Positions 42,675 through 57,100 of a DNA stretch of 64,000 nt are shown here, in pieces. Positions within the stretch are counted from its first letter, which is position 1. Each line of letters starts with the position of its first letter. Source of the stretch: Rotaria socialis (Eukaryota). The stretch is from the NCBI GenBank assembly GCA_905331295.1, contig CAJNYD010000050.1, positions 1-64,000 of the forward strand, read 5' to 3'. The notes beneath the pieces are model-generated. The model worked only from the letters and a program-made list of their open reading frames with translations. It made no database searches and was not told the origin of the DNA. Both the position numbers and the translations under genes were made by a program.

Positions 42675-45656
42675 TTCTATCTTGCTTTATTTTTAAGGAT
42701 CAAACGTTTATTTCTGATTGAAGATTCTCAATCTATAAAAGATGGAAAGTGTGCATATAATGTATCCATATTCACTGAGCGCTTATGAATGTAACTTTAA
42801 AGAAGATATACGCTTATCTATACTTTCAAAATTATCATAGACGGAAAAAAGTCAAGATTTTGAAAATTGTTTCTTAGTTTAATAATTTCGTTTTCAATAA
42901 TAAAACTCAGATTGTCAATATTTTAATAGAAAACAGTGGACTCCATTTGATTCTAAAATGCATTCCTTTTAACAAATTCTTTATTTGACTCTTCTTATTT
43001 ATTTCAAATGACATAAGTAATCTACGTTTCTAACGAGAAAATATTACTTAAAGCTCGTGCATCATACGACTTGATATTATGGATTTCCATGGATGTTTGC
43101 AAAATTTAAAAAAAAAGATGTTCAAGGCATTCAGTCTATGATCCACTAATTAAGAGTTTAGTTTATTCAATAGAATTGTTTAGTAAGAGTGAAAGATTGT
43201 CGTAATTATTCAACTGTGCGTAGTCAGAACTAGTCTTCACGAAAATTTGTTCAACGCTTCAAATAAAATGAACATATGCTTCTCGTAATAATCCCAGAGT
43301 CATGAGATCTTGAATATCAACAGGTGCAAGTTATTCTGAAACTCATCGGGACCTACTTGTGTATATTATATTAGGTTGAATGATATCTGATGATTATCGA
43401 TACTCCCTCGTAAGCTTTTTATTTGAATCATATCGAAAAGAAAACTCAATTATTAAAATCCATCACAACGATTTATTTTCTTGCACAAGTCAAATTTATT
43501 AATAGATCTGAATACGTGTCAGAAGCTAGAAAGAATAAATATGATACAAATGCTCATAGTATCATCCATATATACGCAAAGCTTATTGTTCATGAATTTT
43601 CACAAACAATTCTAGAATTCAATTGTTAAACTTACAATAGATAGCAAACTATATAGTTTAATATTTTATTACTCCAAAACGATATGAGATGATCGCTAGA
43701 CAAAATAGGATTTAAAATACTAAACATTTTCTATACATTTAAGATAGAATCCACTTTAAAGAATAATATCTTTCAATTAGTCAAAAAAATAAATGAAATG
43801 GCCAATCAATTCGTTACTTATACAATCATCAATTAAAGTTTACGAACGCTTACATGAATAGAAGTTATCGAAATACAAAACAAAATCCTTCAGTTTGAAA
43901 AAGTTCTAACGCTTCATATGAGTTTGAATAATCAACTCTTACGTTCGTGCAACAGAATAGATGTGACTCGTATCTGCAGTGGTTACCTTTCATTTATCTA
44001 GAGAAAATGAGTCACTATGCATTTATTGACAGAAATAAACGAAAAGCGTGGGAAGGATATATTTCCAAGACGATAATAAATGAAAATTGGGAAAAAATGA
44101 CGTCTATGAAGTAGATAAGAATAATAAAGGTGGCTTTAAAATGCGAGAATGAGGAAAGTTATTTTATAAATGAAAATGAAGAATTATTGGCATTAGAAAG
44201 AAGTCAAATACAATCGACTCTATTTTTTTTTCTTAAACACAATCTATTTAAAAACTGTTCATGAGGTAATTTTTGTTCAGATATTATAAATTATTATAAT
44301 CATCAACCGCTAAGTCTACTTTGTTAATAAAATAATTCAGTATACGACTTCTTTATATTTGTAATAAATCTTTTTTTTATTGCTGTACTTAGTTCTGTAG
44401 TCCTAATTTTAATTCGAATTTATAAAAAAAAAAAAAAGTCATATTTCTTTTCCCCATAATTTTTCTACTGACGATTCAACTTTAACGACCATTTCATCTA
44501 TTCTACTGACTATGCAGTAAATCTACACATAGAACTTTGTCTCTTCTACTTATCCATATAAACATAAATAAAAAGTAGTCAGAAAAAAAATCGTTAGATC
44601 GATTTGAAAATATTCATGAACAAAACGTTTCATAAGTCTAGTTTTCCCAAACTTCAAATAGCTTTCATACTATTTTCTGCTGCCATACGACCGCCATCAG
44701 ACTATTCTGTTTTTCATTTTGAACACAATACAGAAGTTAGATTTTAGCGTAAACAGAATTCTTCAATAACAATCAATTTTATCGTACTCAGTCTGAAAGT
44801 GATATAGATGAGTTGATATAACGATGTAGTGGGTTTTTTGGTTTGATAGAACATTGAATGATTTACTGTATTATTCCAATAACATGACGAAAAACACACG
44901 CCGATATTGAACGAATCGAAGAAAATAGATTAATAATCAGTTAAGTTTTTATTTATTTAATTTATTCTTCTATCTAAAAAAACAAACAGCAGGTATTTAT
45001 TGTATTGATTAATAAATATAAAGAACAAAGATAATATCTTCTTGCAAGAAAACTATCCGTGTGCATATCTTTACATTAATCTATTAAGCAAAATTTTGTT
45101 GATAATTTAGAAGCTCAGTCTATTGATACGTCTCTGTGCCACAAAACATATGACAAGAGTACAGGTCGAATTGCGTTTATATACCTATTGGTGGAGGATA
45201 GATTGCATTACTGTCAATCAAAATAAAAGTCATTGTTAGTGGGATAAAAAATAATTCGAATTATTGCTTTTAATTGATTCTTTTCTTTGTAAATAAATGA
45301 ATTGTTGAATTATATGAATATAAAAAACAATCATCATAGTTTCGCTACAATCGATGGCTACATAAGACAAAAAAACGATATGGTTGGAAATTCGTCTTTC
45401 ATCATTCATTTCAATAGCATATTATCAAATTTATTTTCTTTCATATATTTTTTAAATTTTATTCACATCAAGATTATTATTTTAGAATTGCTAAATATAT
45501 TGTCAATAAACGTCTCTGTTATCTCGCGGTGTGTGTGTGTGCGTGTGTTCAACGTCATTTCTCTCAATTTAATTTAAGAAAACTTTAGAGTGTGCGTGTG
45601 TGTGTGTATCTTTGGTGAATAGTTCAGATTTATTTTCTTGTTCTAATCTATTGATA

Positions 45657-48600
45657 ATGTCATCAACGCGAACAGCTCCACGAACAACATCAAATAGTAA
45701 AACAACATCTTTGAATACTCATACAAATGGTGCCGGTAATTCATATGATATGAATGAATCAACGTCAAATTTGAATTACCCCGCTGGCAATAATCCAGAG
45801 TACGAACAAATTTTAGAATAAATTTTGTTATTCATAATAATAATTTACATGATTTAGATTCGATTCAAATCTACAACGATCATCGTTAAAAAGAAATGTA
45901 TCGCAAGTAAATGATGTCATGCTTTGCTTTAATCAAAAATAAGATTTTTTTTCATATTTTTATTTAGTATGAGGGTATCTATCGAAATGCTCGATTTATT
46001 CATGCAATAAGTAGTGGGCTAATGGTAATTTTTCTTACCGTTTCTTTTTAATACGATGAAGTCACTCAGAACACACGAGATCCATTTGATTAGTTATAAT
46101 AATAAGAGTGATTATTTCAATAAAATATTAAAATACTTGTTTTGTGAATAGATCATATCAAATCGATTTGTTTTATTTTGTTTACAGAGAAATACACAGT
46201 CGCGCATTTTACTTTTGTGAGAGTCACACAAATATAAGACTTCAGAATAGTGAATAGAAACTTACACAAACTGTTCATTGCACTGTAATAGCCTATAATA
46301 GCAGTTAATATAGATATTTAGGTTTTACGCTTAACTGTATATTTAAAATAAATTAATATTTTGTTTATTCAATTTTAGGGTCAACCAGTAGTTATTCAAA
46401 CAAGTGATCATGAACGATTTCATGGTGTACTCGAAACACTTTCACCTAATGGCGATGTCGTTTTAACTGTTTCACATCGATTAGATAATAATAACAGTAA
46501 TGATCTAGTAGCTTCATCAACCGTACCAATTGATCTTATTGATACAATCGATAGTTCATCGCAAACATTTGAATTACATAAACGAATTATTAAAGTTCAG
46601 CACATTGTTGAGATCCTAGCTGCCGATGTTGATCTCTCTGCAAATGCAAAATGTATGTACAAATTTTGATATCTAATAAAAAATAATTTCCATCTTTTTA
46701 AACGTATAGGTTCACTTGAAGAGAATCCTAAAGCTACGCCTTTAGAAGATGATCGTTTTAGTCGTATGGAACATTTTTATGGTTCAGATGAAGTTGATCC
46801 AGAAACATTAGAAGATCTTGAAATAGGTGATGATGGAAAGGTAAGATCGAAAATGAAATTAATAATTTCGATTGATTTCGTTAATCTTTTAAAATAACAG
46901 GCCGGTTTCGATGCTGAGGATATGTTTCATACAAATAGAGAAAAATTTAATACAACAACTGATTTTGATGAAAGCAAATATACGTATGCTATTTGAATTG
47001 TTTGCTTTTTTTCTTTGATCGAATTTCATTTCAATATTTATCTAATAGAAATGTTCCTGTTCGTCAACTTTCTGCAACTGAATCAGCAGAAATTGATAAA
47101 AAAGTTCAAGAAATAGAAAAAGGAACACGAACGGAGGAAATTGATGAAGATGATGCCGGTAAATAGAAAAAAAAACACATTCAACTCACTATATTCACAC
47201 TAAAGCATACTGTTGTTTTTCTAGGCGTCAAACGTCCAATTGAATCAAATAATAATCTCGATGATAAAAATAGTAATATAAAAACTAATCGCTCAAATCG
47301 CAATGAATTTCGCTATGATAATGACTATAATCCTTCGAAGTAATTTAGTTTTTATTTAAAACAAAAATAATCTATTTTCATTTACTTATTAGACGCGATA
47401 ATTGGCGCGAACAACGTCATACTGGTAATAATAACAATCGTCGTGGTGGTGGTGGTGGTGGGAATAATTCCAAACAAAATCAATACGTACCAACAAATAA
47501 TCGTCAACAATACAACCCTCGTATATCGCGTAATAATCGTTATGCTGACAATCGATCGCCACATCAAGGACGAGCTTCCCCGATACAAACAACAACTGAA
47601 GAATCAAGTCAACATCAACGAATAAATAGTGGCAGTTTTTCACATGGACAATCTTCGGGCCCAGAAAGTTCATCAGCAACAGTGTCTGCTCGTACTATTT
47701 ATCCTAGTGCAAATCGAGCATCGAATAATCAAAATTCACCAGCAGCATACTCTGGTAGTCCATCATCACGTACGAATTCCATATCAACTACATCGCCATC
47801 ATCAAATCAACAGCCAGGAACAAATAAATTGGCTAAGAAACCATCACTGAGTAAGAAGCATTAGTTTTCGTTATTGTATTCCAATTCGATTCTATTTTTT
47901 AAGATGAACAACAACCAACACATGATGAAACTGATCAACCAAAACAACAGCGCCCTTCAAATAATCAAACAAATACAACTCCATTGAATCGTCCATCAAA
48001 TTTACAATCTAAACAACAAACATCTTCAACAAATAATATTATTCTACCATTGTCAGCACAGTCAAATCAAGATGACAATTCAACTAGTCATGATTTAACT
48101 CATACAAATCAATCTAGTACTACTGGAACAACGTATGCGTCTGGTTTCGTTTGAACAAAACGATGAATTTTCATATCAATGTTTTTATTTCTAGTACACC
48201 AAATTCAACTAGATCAAATGGTGCTTTAAATCCTGAAGCAGATGAATTCGTTCCTGTATTTTCAGTAAATTTCTTTTTTTTGTTTTCATTTCGTAATCAA
48301 TACAAAAACAAACTCATTTTTTGTAGCATGAAAGCAATTCTCGGCCAGAATCACGTGGCACATCGACAACAAGCTCAACCTCAATCAATGCTTTTATTGC
48401 ACATGCTCATCCACAAGCACTTCATCTTTTACAACAACAACAGCAACAGCATGCTCAATCTCAAGCGGCGCCCTCGATAATTCCAACAAATCATCCCCAA
48501 AATGCAGCAGCTTTATATCAACAATATTATCATGCAGGATTTCCTACTATGCCACAATTTATTAATACAACACCCCAACAAATGACAGTTGGAGTGATGA

Positions 48601-49846
48601 GTGCACCAATGATGCATTCACAACAATTGATTACGACTGGGTCAAATACGAATAATTCAAGTAATGGAAGTTCAAGCGGAATGACAACACCTAATAGCTC
48701 AGTTAGTGCTGGTCCAACTTATAAAATTAATAATAATCAAGCACAGAGTGGAGATAATGGTGCTAGCGGAGTAAATAATGTCGCCCCAAAAAAAGCTGTT
48801 GTTTCTGTTCAACGTGCAGAACAATCAAATACTCCTCAACAGTCAGTGCCTGGCGCTCCACAAATGATGTTTCCAGCTCAACCAATTCGATATTATTCAC
48901 CGGATTATCTCACACAACGTATATATATATTTTTTTTATTTTGTTATATTTATTTATTGTCTTTTTTGGTATTTGAATAGAAGGTACGCCAACATCTATG
49001 CAACTACAACAAGTTCCATTTTATTATCAAATGAATCCTTCAGGTCTCATTCAAGCAGCAGGAACTGTTGGCCAACCTCAGAATATTATGATTCCAACAA
49101 CAAATACTTCAGCTGGATCAACTACACCAGGCATACCTCAAATGCATTACGCAGGACTTTATGCGGGTAAAATAAAATGAAATAAAATATTTCTTTTTCT
49201 TTTATGTCTTATTTCTTTCTTTTTTTCTTTTCTAGATCCACGTATGTACAGTTTATATTCGTCAGCCGCAGGTGTACATCCTCATTGGCAATTAGCGCGC
49301 TCACCTCCTCAACAGCAGCAACAGTCAACAATTGATCAACCACGTGCCTATGGTAATGGGCAAAATGCAACACCTCAACAAGCTTCATCAACCAGTGCGA
49401 CTAATACCACTGGTCGACCAGCATCAGCATCAGGTCAAACAAGTTCTGGCAGTAGTACTAGTGGCCATCCTATTACTCCACAATATACATTTAATGGTGC
49501 CATGCCCACTGCTTTTGCATATGGAACACCTGCTGGGTGGATACCTGCTCCACAACAAGTTCAGTCGCTTTCAGCAAATATGTCGCCACAAATGAATGCC
49601 GCATATAATATAATGTTTGATCCCTCTCAACAAATACAACAACAGCAACAAGCCGCATATTTACATCGAAGTCAATACGAGGCAGCTGGCTATTTTCCTC
49701 AACTATCGCAACCACAACCTCCCACACCAGCGCAACAACAACAACAACAGCAGCAGCAGCAACAACAACAACAACAACAACAACAGCAACAACCACCTTC
49801 CCAACCCGGCTTAGACACAGTATCGCAAGGCAATTATAATCGTTAA
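45657..49846 (+). CDS. ATXN2: Ataxin-2-like RNA-binding protein (LSm, LSm-associated region, PAM2, Q-rich C-terminal IDR), multi-exon
   Basis: YEGIYRNARFIHAISS..GQPVVIQTSDHERFHGVLETLSP (LSm); GFDAEDMFHTNREKFNTTTDFDE (LSmAD-like); PAM2 ALNPEADEFVP at ~48220-48255; Q/P/S-rich C-terminus. Confidence 0.88.
49733..49792 (+). repeat. Coding CAA/CAG repeat encoding Q20
   Basis: (CAA)5(CAG)4(CAA)8(CAG)(CAA)2, in frame in the last ataxin-2-like exon. Confidence 0.95.
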
Positions 49847-50569
49847 ATATATTTCTCGTTTTTCTGTCTCTGACTATCTCGATATTTATGTATGTCTTTG
49901 TCTTTACTCTCTCTCGTTCGGATTCTTCTTTTTCTTCTCTCTCTTTTTTGTCGTGTGACACAGACATATAATTCTATGCATTTGAACGCCAAATTTTCTT
50001 CGGTTTGGTTATTCTTTATGTTTGTTTGTCTGTTTGTCTTATTTTCCTCATTAGCTCTTTTTTTTTCCTTCTCATAAGTACGTTAAAGGCAAGTTACCGT
50101 TTCTTTTCTCTCTCTTGATTCATGCAGCAAAAACAATTGACGTCTAGACTAATAACTATTGACAGAAAGCGGTAAAGTTCAATAAATTATTTCTTCTATC
50201 TAACTGGTTTTTAGACAAGAAAATATAATTTTTCTTTTATCACTAATTATTTGCAAGTATAACATGAGTTTGAGAAAAAAAAACTAAGATGATTAATATT
50301 CAATGTAGTGCTCATTTAAAAATAGTTTTCGTTGAAGTTCAGATAAATCATATTATGTTGTGCTCGACAAGAAAATTTATTAAAATACTTTTCAAGATAC
50401 ATCATTGTTTTTTATTGATAAATCTGTTTAAAAATATGTGCTACCAATTTTCTCTTTAACAATCTTTAACAAATATATGTTTAATAAACTTGAACATAGG
50501 GACTCTGAATGCATTTTGTTTTGTCGTAAAAAATCATTGAATGGTTTTTAATTGTAAAATATGTATTAA

Positions 50570-53384
50570 TTACGAAATGTTATTATGCTGTTGATAGAAA
50601 GGAGATTTTTTAATTTCACCTTTCCGTAGAGCTTTACGCGCATCATTTGCTGTTATAGCACATATGGCAGCACCTATTCCAGAACCTAGATAATATTCGT
50701 GTGACAGTTATTTTCAAAGAATCATGAGTCTACCATCAGCACTAATACGTAATTCATAATTGAGTAAAACTGGAGCAAGAATTTTCAGGTGCCGTTGAAT
50801 AACCATATTGAAGCGAGGATGAAAACGATACAGACTACCATCAATGCCAATACAAATCTTTTTCGTGTCAACTTTTCCATTTTCATGAAGTCTTTTCATC
50901 AAAACAGCTATCGCTGCCGCAGTGAGCATAGCTGCTCGTCTAAAATCGAGAAAATAGAAAGAACATCTTTGCCTATGAATTCATTGTGATTTCAAGCCTG
51001 GAGATTAGTCGACATGTATATGATATAATAGCACAATCAGCATTTGTTGCATAATCTAAACCTAATTTTTTTAAAACATTTCTTGTATTAGCAAATGTAC
51101 GACCAGTATCGAGTTCAATTTCTGATATATGACTCGTTTGCAACATATAAAGTGCATGAAATGGTGCATAATAACGATACGATTGTTTATGGTCACGTTG
51201 AATTTTCAAAATAATACCTTGATTAATAAGAGCAGCTAAAACTTCAGCAGCTAAACGACCCATGTACATTCCGGATATAAGTTTTTCAAATATATGTACG
51301 CCTGGATTATTTGACATTCTATCGATTTCTCTATCAAAATCTGTTATTAACATGTCTAGACAACCTTTTTCACCTAGTAAAACGAAAATTTTGGTCGACT
51401 AAAAGAAATAGATTTACAAGAATTGCAACTTTCTTGTTTCGTACGATTGACATGATAGTCTTATCCGACTGAGAACACAAATTCTAATTGATTTATTTCA
51501 ATGATATTTTTATTATCTTTTGTATTGTCGAGTCTCTGAGTGCCCCATACTCATAGGAAACTCAAACTATTTATCTTACAAATCCACTGACCTACCACCA
51601 AGTTCATACTGTTCAATACATGAAAGAAAGAACTTGCGTGAAATTCGGTCGCACAAAAAGATGTTTCTCTCATTCTATTTCGACTAGTGCTCATCTGAAA
51701 TACTACATAACAGAATTTGTTTTTTTTCCGACTATCGTCTAGATTGAATTTTTTTTATAGTGAGACTGACTGAAAATAGACTTTGCTTTTTCTATCATCG
51801 AACTCGTGTGCATTTCAGAAAGAGACACTATCTACATTGTGTCTGTTGACTCCGAATTAATAATCTCTTCTCTTTTACATCGAATTACAGTGTGCTGCAA
51901 TCGCCGACTATTTTTGTCAATATATTTGTATTAAAATAAATCGTATCTTGACAAATATTTAGAAGAATGTTAACAAACTGTTCCTATCTGAAATAGACAT
52001 CGAAAACAATCCAAGTTTTATTCTTGAACCGTTTAGATATTATTTCAATTCAACTGTACTGAAAAGTTGCAATTCACTTATATATAAATACCGAGAGCAC
52101 CCCATTCCGTATTAATAATCATGTCTGTTGCCTCTGACGAAAGAACTGATCGATCCTTGATAGTATGAATTTTATTGATATCTTCAAAATAGCAGGCATT
52201 TGTACCAGTACCTAATTATGAAGTAAAATATCAACATTACGTTTTGGTTAATCAGAAAACTTATTTACCAAGAATTACACCTACTCGACAAGTAGGCTCA
52301 TGATAAGCTAAATAGAAGAGAGAAAAACAAAATTTGTATCTAATTTTTCTTTAATGATCAGTGTGTTCTACACAGAATTTCTGACGATTCTCAACATGAA
52401 AAGATCACCGTTTTTTGCACAAAGGAGTCATTTTTAGGAGAAATAAAACTATTCATTTCAGTTGGTTTTGCGTTCAAAATAAGTTTACAAATTCAACAAT
52501 CATCATATAAATAACTTACCGCAAGCCATCAGTGTTCCAACTGTATCATTAATTAATGCTGTTATTTTAACTTTTAACTGTTTCTGATAGATAACTCTTT
52601 GTAATTTTTCTACAACATCTTGTCCAATTAAATCTGATAAAATCCATCCTTTTGATGGTGTTAAAAATTTGCCCTTATTCAACGCTATCTGTTCACATGC
52701 AAAACTAAATGTAAAACCAAGTACATATTCTAGATTTAGATCAAGCTGATTTCGTATCATAAATTGTTTTAATACATCGACAATAAATTCGAATAAATCA
52801 TTTCCAAGAATTTTTTTCGAATCCGGCACAATATGTGCTTCCGATATAACTTCAGATTCAGTATTTGGATTAAGTTTAACTAATAATGTTCGAAAATTTG
52901 TACCGCCAATATCAAGCGCTAATATTTCACCGTATTCATTTTTTGTTGGCAAATTTGTTACATATGTCGGTAACATTTTAAGATCACTATCAGTTTTTGT
53001 ACTTGGATCAAGACCCATTTGGCAATGTTTTTCCATAGCTGTCATAACATGAGTGAGTGTTTCTACTGTTATATGAAAAGGACTTGTTATACGCATGAGT
53101 TCTTTGTAATCTTCCCAGGGAATCGTGTTTTCATTAGTATGAAGGATAGAAGTAATATTTTCTTCAAGAGGATCGTGAAGTAGACCGTCGAAATTTGAAT
53201 CACGTGTCACAATTTGTTTGCCAGCCTGAGATACAAAACGAGAATTTTTTTGATTCTTATCGATTAAACTTGAATGAATGTGTTCTGATGGAGATGTTTT
53301 TGATCGTTGAAATAAATTATTGCAACAGCTCCCAAACCAAAAAGAAAGTTGACTACGATTATCCTCATCAGTCTCTTTCGACAT
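50570..53384 (-). CDS. Hexokinase (single-domain type) with N-terminal extension, multi-exon
   Basis: LKMLPTYV, LALDIGGTNFR, LGFTFSF, LINDTVGTL, VGVILGTGTNACYFE, IINTEWGALG, FEKLISGMYMG, IGIDGSLYRFHP, SADGSGIGAA. Last exon ends ...QHNNIS* at 50570. Confidence 0.95.
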
Positions 53385-54163
53385 CTTATTTTTAAAAAAT
53401 CAATGAAAATAAAAGTAGTTTTTAAATTAAGGACGCGCATTAATTCAAAGAAATATTCAAACGAAGATGTTGACAATTGTTGAAATCTACTTTAGAAAAG
53501 CTTTTCTGACCTAAGCTTGTCTTCGTCGAACTCAACATATAGAGTCTTTTCGCTTCAGACCTATGATTCAAACAATAAACATGATAGATGTATCAATTAA
53601 AAAATTCGTTTAAACTCATGAAATGCAATTACAAATGCATAGAATCATTTTGAACTACAAGTTTCTAGAATATCTCTATATTAAATTAGTATAAGGTTTC
53701 AAATTTTCATCAAAATTTGTAAAATTCTCCAATGTAATTTAAAGTCTTTTTACGATTTTTATTAGAGCCATTCAGTCTTTTGGAAATGTCTTAGGTAATA
53801 AAATGAAAATAAATGTTCTTCAATCCTATATTTCAATGCAGTTGGCTAATAACGATCGTATACTTCTAACTCTCAAATCCATGCTACGATCAATTATATC
53901 TGATCCATTGATATGTTAAAAGAAATTTTACAAAATATACAAGTTGCATTAATCCAGTTTTTGTTCTGTTAGAATTAAACATTCTGAAAAAATGGAATAT
54001 TTAATAAAACTCATAGTAGATAGTTAGATTTTATCATAGAAATTTTCTTCGATGTGTTTTGAAACAGCAAAATTTTATTAGATATTATTTAGAAGTAATT
54101 TTGGTTTTTTTTTGTATATCAAAACAAAACGACAGTAGATATATCAATGTAAAAATAGTCAAG

Positions 54164-57100
54164 TCAAGTCAATTCCATCGATCGATATTGTTTTATAAGA
54201 CTAAGAAATATTGATAGAGCATTAGTGTCAGACGATTGACTTTTTAAATGTTCAATAATCTAAATAGAACAGAAAACAAACAGATTAAAATGATAAACAT
54301 CAAAACAAACAAGCAAACCTGATCAGCATGCGAACAAGAATATTCAAAGAGATCATGAAAAATCGAATCATCCAATTCAAATTTTTTATCGATACCCTAC
54401 GAAAAACAGAAGAAAAACTGATTTTAAAATATATTCGTTGTTTTGATATTTTACTATGTTTGTCGATGAATATTCCGATGATGAAGCTTTATCTTTTAAA
54501 GATTGCTCTAAATTTGAATAATGTAATCGAACACGTTGTATTTCATCAGCAAATAATAATGTACAATTCTGTATAGTAGAATTCGAATTCTTGCTATTCA
54601 ACAATTCATTACATAATAAACATTCTTGTTCGGCTTGTTGACAACAAGCAATTTGAAAAATCATTGAAAGAATGCTTAATGAATTATTTAAACATTTATC
54701 AATTGATACATCCAATAAACAATCAATATTTTGAAAAATAAATGGAATAAAATGAGCATAGTATTGATGACAAACTGGTGAATATTGTTCCATTAATTCA
54801 TTAAAGAATGTATCATTATGAATGAGATTTTTAAATAAAGTTTCAATTAAATTAATTAGTAATGAATTTATCATAGCTTTTGTTTCAAATAAACGAAATG
54901 TTTCATCATGATTATTATTATTTATTAATGATTGACCTAATTCACTATCGATTTCTTCGTATGTATGATTTAATAAATGAATATAATGTGTTCGATCATA
55001 GGATAACAATGTATCTATATTAGATAGCGGTGGTGATGTTAAATAATTGAACATTATTTTATCATTACATGTTGTTAATGAGCAATAATGACAAGATTTT
55101 TGAAAAGTATTTACTAAAAAGGTTCAAGAAATTAAATAATTTCAACAAAAAAAGCTGTTAGCGCAATCCCTTTGGGATTAAAAGTGTGAAACACGATGAA
55201 ACTTCTTTTCTGGAATTCGTCTATTACTGTCACTGGTGGTCTATGAAGCTTCTCTATTACAGTCTGTATTATGATGTATGGAGTCTCTAGAAAGGAATGT
55301 AAAGAGCTCCTTTCGATTCGATGAAATAAGGTAAGTTAAATTTTGCAATATTATAGTTCAGAAGATGAAACTCTTTGAGGTGAAGGAAAACCTTCGATGG
55401 ATTTAATCAATTGAAGAAAGCAATAAATATAAAGTGGAAAGCTCTTGAAGTGCGAGATTTTAAATGCTTATATAGGCTCTATGGAGACTAAAACAATTGC
55501 TGAATATGCATTCTTCTTCGCCGGTAATAATGAATTACTNTTACTTAATTCTTTGTAGTAGCAACTTCGTGTACGTTGAGTTTCGAATTTTGAAAAAGAA
55601 AATATTCTCAATAAAACTAGATTATTATAGAAGTGTTTAATTTCCTTGGATACTAAAAACTACAACTTTGCAGCATGAACAAGCAATCTTTATTCTGATA
55701 TTCTCATCTCAAGATAGATAATGTCATTTCTAAATACGTACTCAAACTGAAACTATTGTCGGCATGATTCATTTGTTTTATTGATAAAACTAATTTAAGT
55801 TCATAGCCATCTGAATTAATTCCATAATGTTGTAAAGTATTTAATTTTTTTGCATTATGTATTTGTTCACTTGTATTATCAATATCATTTAATAACAGAT
55901 TACAAGAATCACGATATGTATCATTGATTATCGTTGTTGAATATTTTATTGAACGACTATAAAGAACTTTAGTTAACATTGATTTTCTTGCCAGTGGTAC
56001 ACTTGATGATGCTGTGGATGATGATGATGATGAACTTGAACATGAATGATTTGTTAATAGATAAAGTTTTGATTCATTTATTGATATTGGATTCATTGAA
56101 TTTAATTCGTAAAGAATTTTAGTTTTCACTTGACTTATTGTATCACATGTTAAACATGTTATATTTAACAATAATTCATTGGAATTTTTGTCACTATTGA
56201 AATCAATATGCACAGTCAATTGGATATTTTTAAATTGTATTGAATATTCTTGTAAAATAGTATCGATATTAAGTGAATAGTAAGAAATGGTTTGTTCGAT
56301 AGCATCAATAGGTCCATTATAGAGTTTGAATTTTAATTGAGAATAAATTTGAGATAACAATGAATGAATTGGATTTATTAAAAATGTATCATATGATGTT
56401 AATATACAAATATTATAATAGATTAAAGGATGATTATATTTAAATAATTTTTTCAAATTATATCGTTGTGTTAAAATAAGATTGTTAAGAATATTTTTAT
56501 TATTGGATTTAATTGAAAGTTTAAATAGAAAATCAATCAATTGTTCATTATTTCCAAGTAAAAATTTATATTGATCCATGGTTTCTTGTTTGAAATTAAA
56601 TATTTTTTTATTAGAAGATAAATGATTATAATAATAGCATAATTGTAAATAATTTACATATGAACGAATACGAAATCCGGCTGATAATGAGTTCGTTATT
56701 AGATAAGGTGTTTCTTGTTGAACTCCGTGAGGAATTATACTATTCGTACAGAAATAGTTCTTACAAGATCTTCGTTGTGTAAAACGAATTTTTAAGGAAA
56801 CAATCATAATAATAATCAAAACAATGAATACTATTGTAAATAAACATCCGCTTAGAACACCTGAAAGAAAAAAAGTAACAAGATTAGTTTTTCAAATCTT
56901 GTAAGTGAAAAAAGGAATTTCAATTAGCAAAGAAAAAAAGATGAACGCTCCGTTAGGTCTTCCATTGTTTCTAATATAAATATATGAATGCAGTCTTATA
57001 GTTCTTCCTAAGGCACTCTTATTCTTCTTAACGAGATCTACTGATGAGAACTCCCGAAATTAAGAGTTGTGTTAAACTTCTATATATTCCATTGTGATTA

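Noticed and set aside
49491..49967. 158-aa antisense ORF with poly-Val/Ala, plus other overlapping ORFs in ataxin-2, GTF2E1, eEF1A and hexokinase
   Set aside because: Shadow frames of real coding sequence and of the CAA/CAG repeat.
55540..55540. N within a plexin intron
   Set aside because: Assembly join, not a biological feature; it does leave open that some sequence is missing here.
57040..57080. CTGATGA...GAAA resembling a hammerhead ribozyme core (Penelope-type)
   Set aside because: The AACTC/GAGTT stem is not followed by GAAA, and the short reading lacks stem III/UH and stem I pairing.
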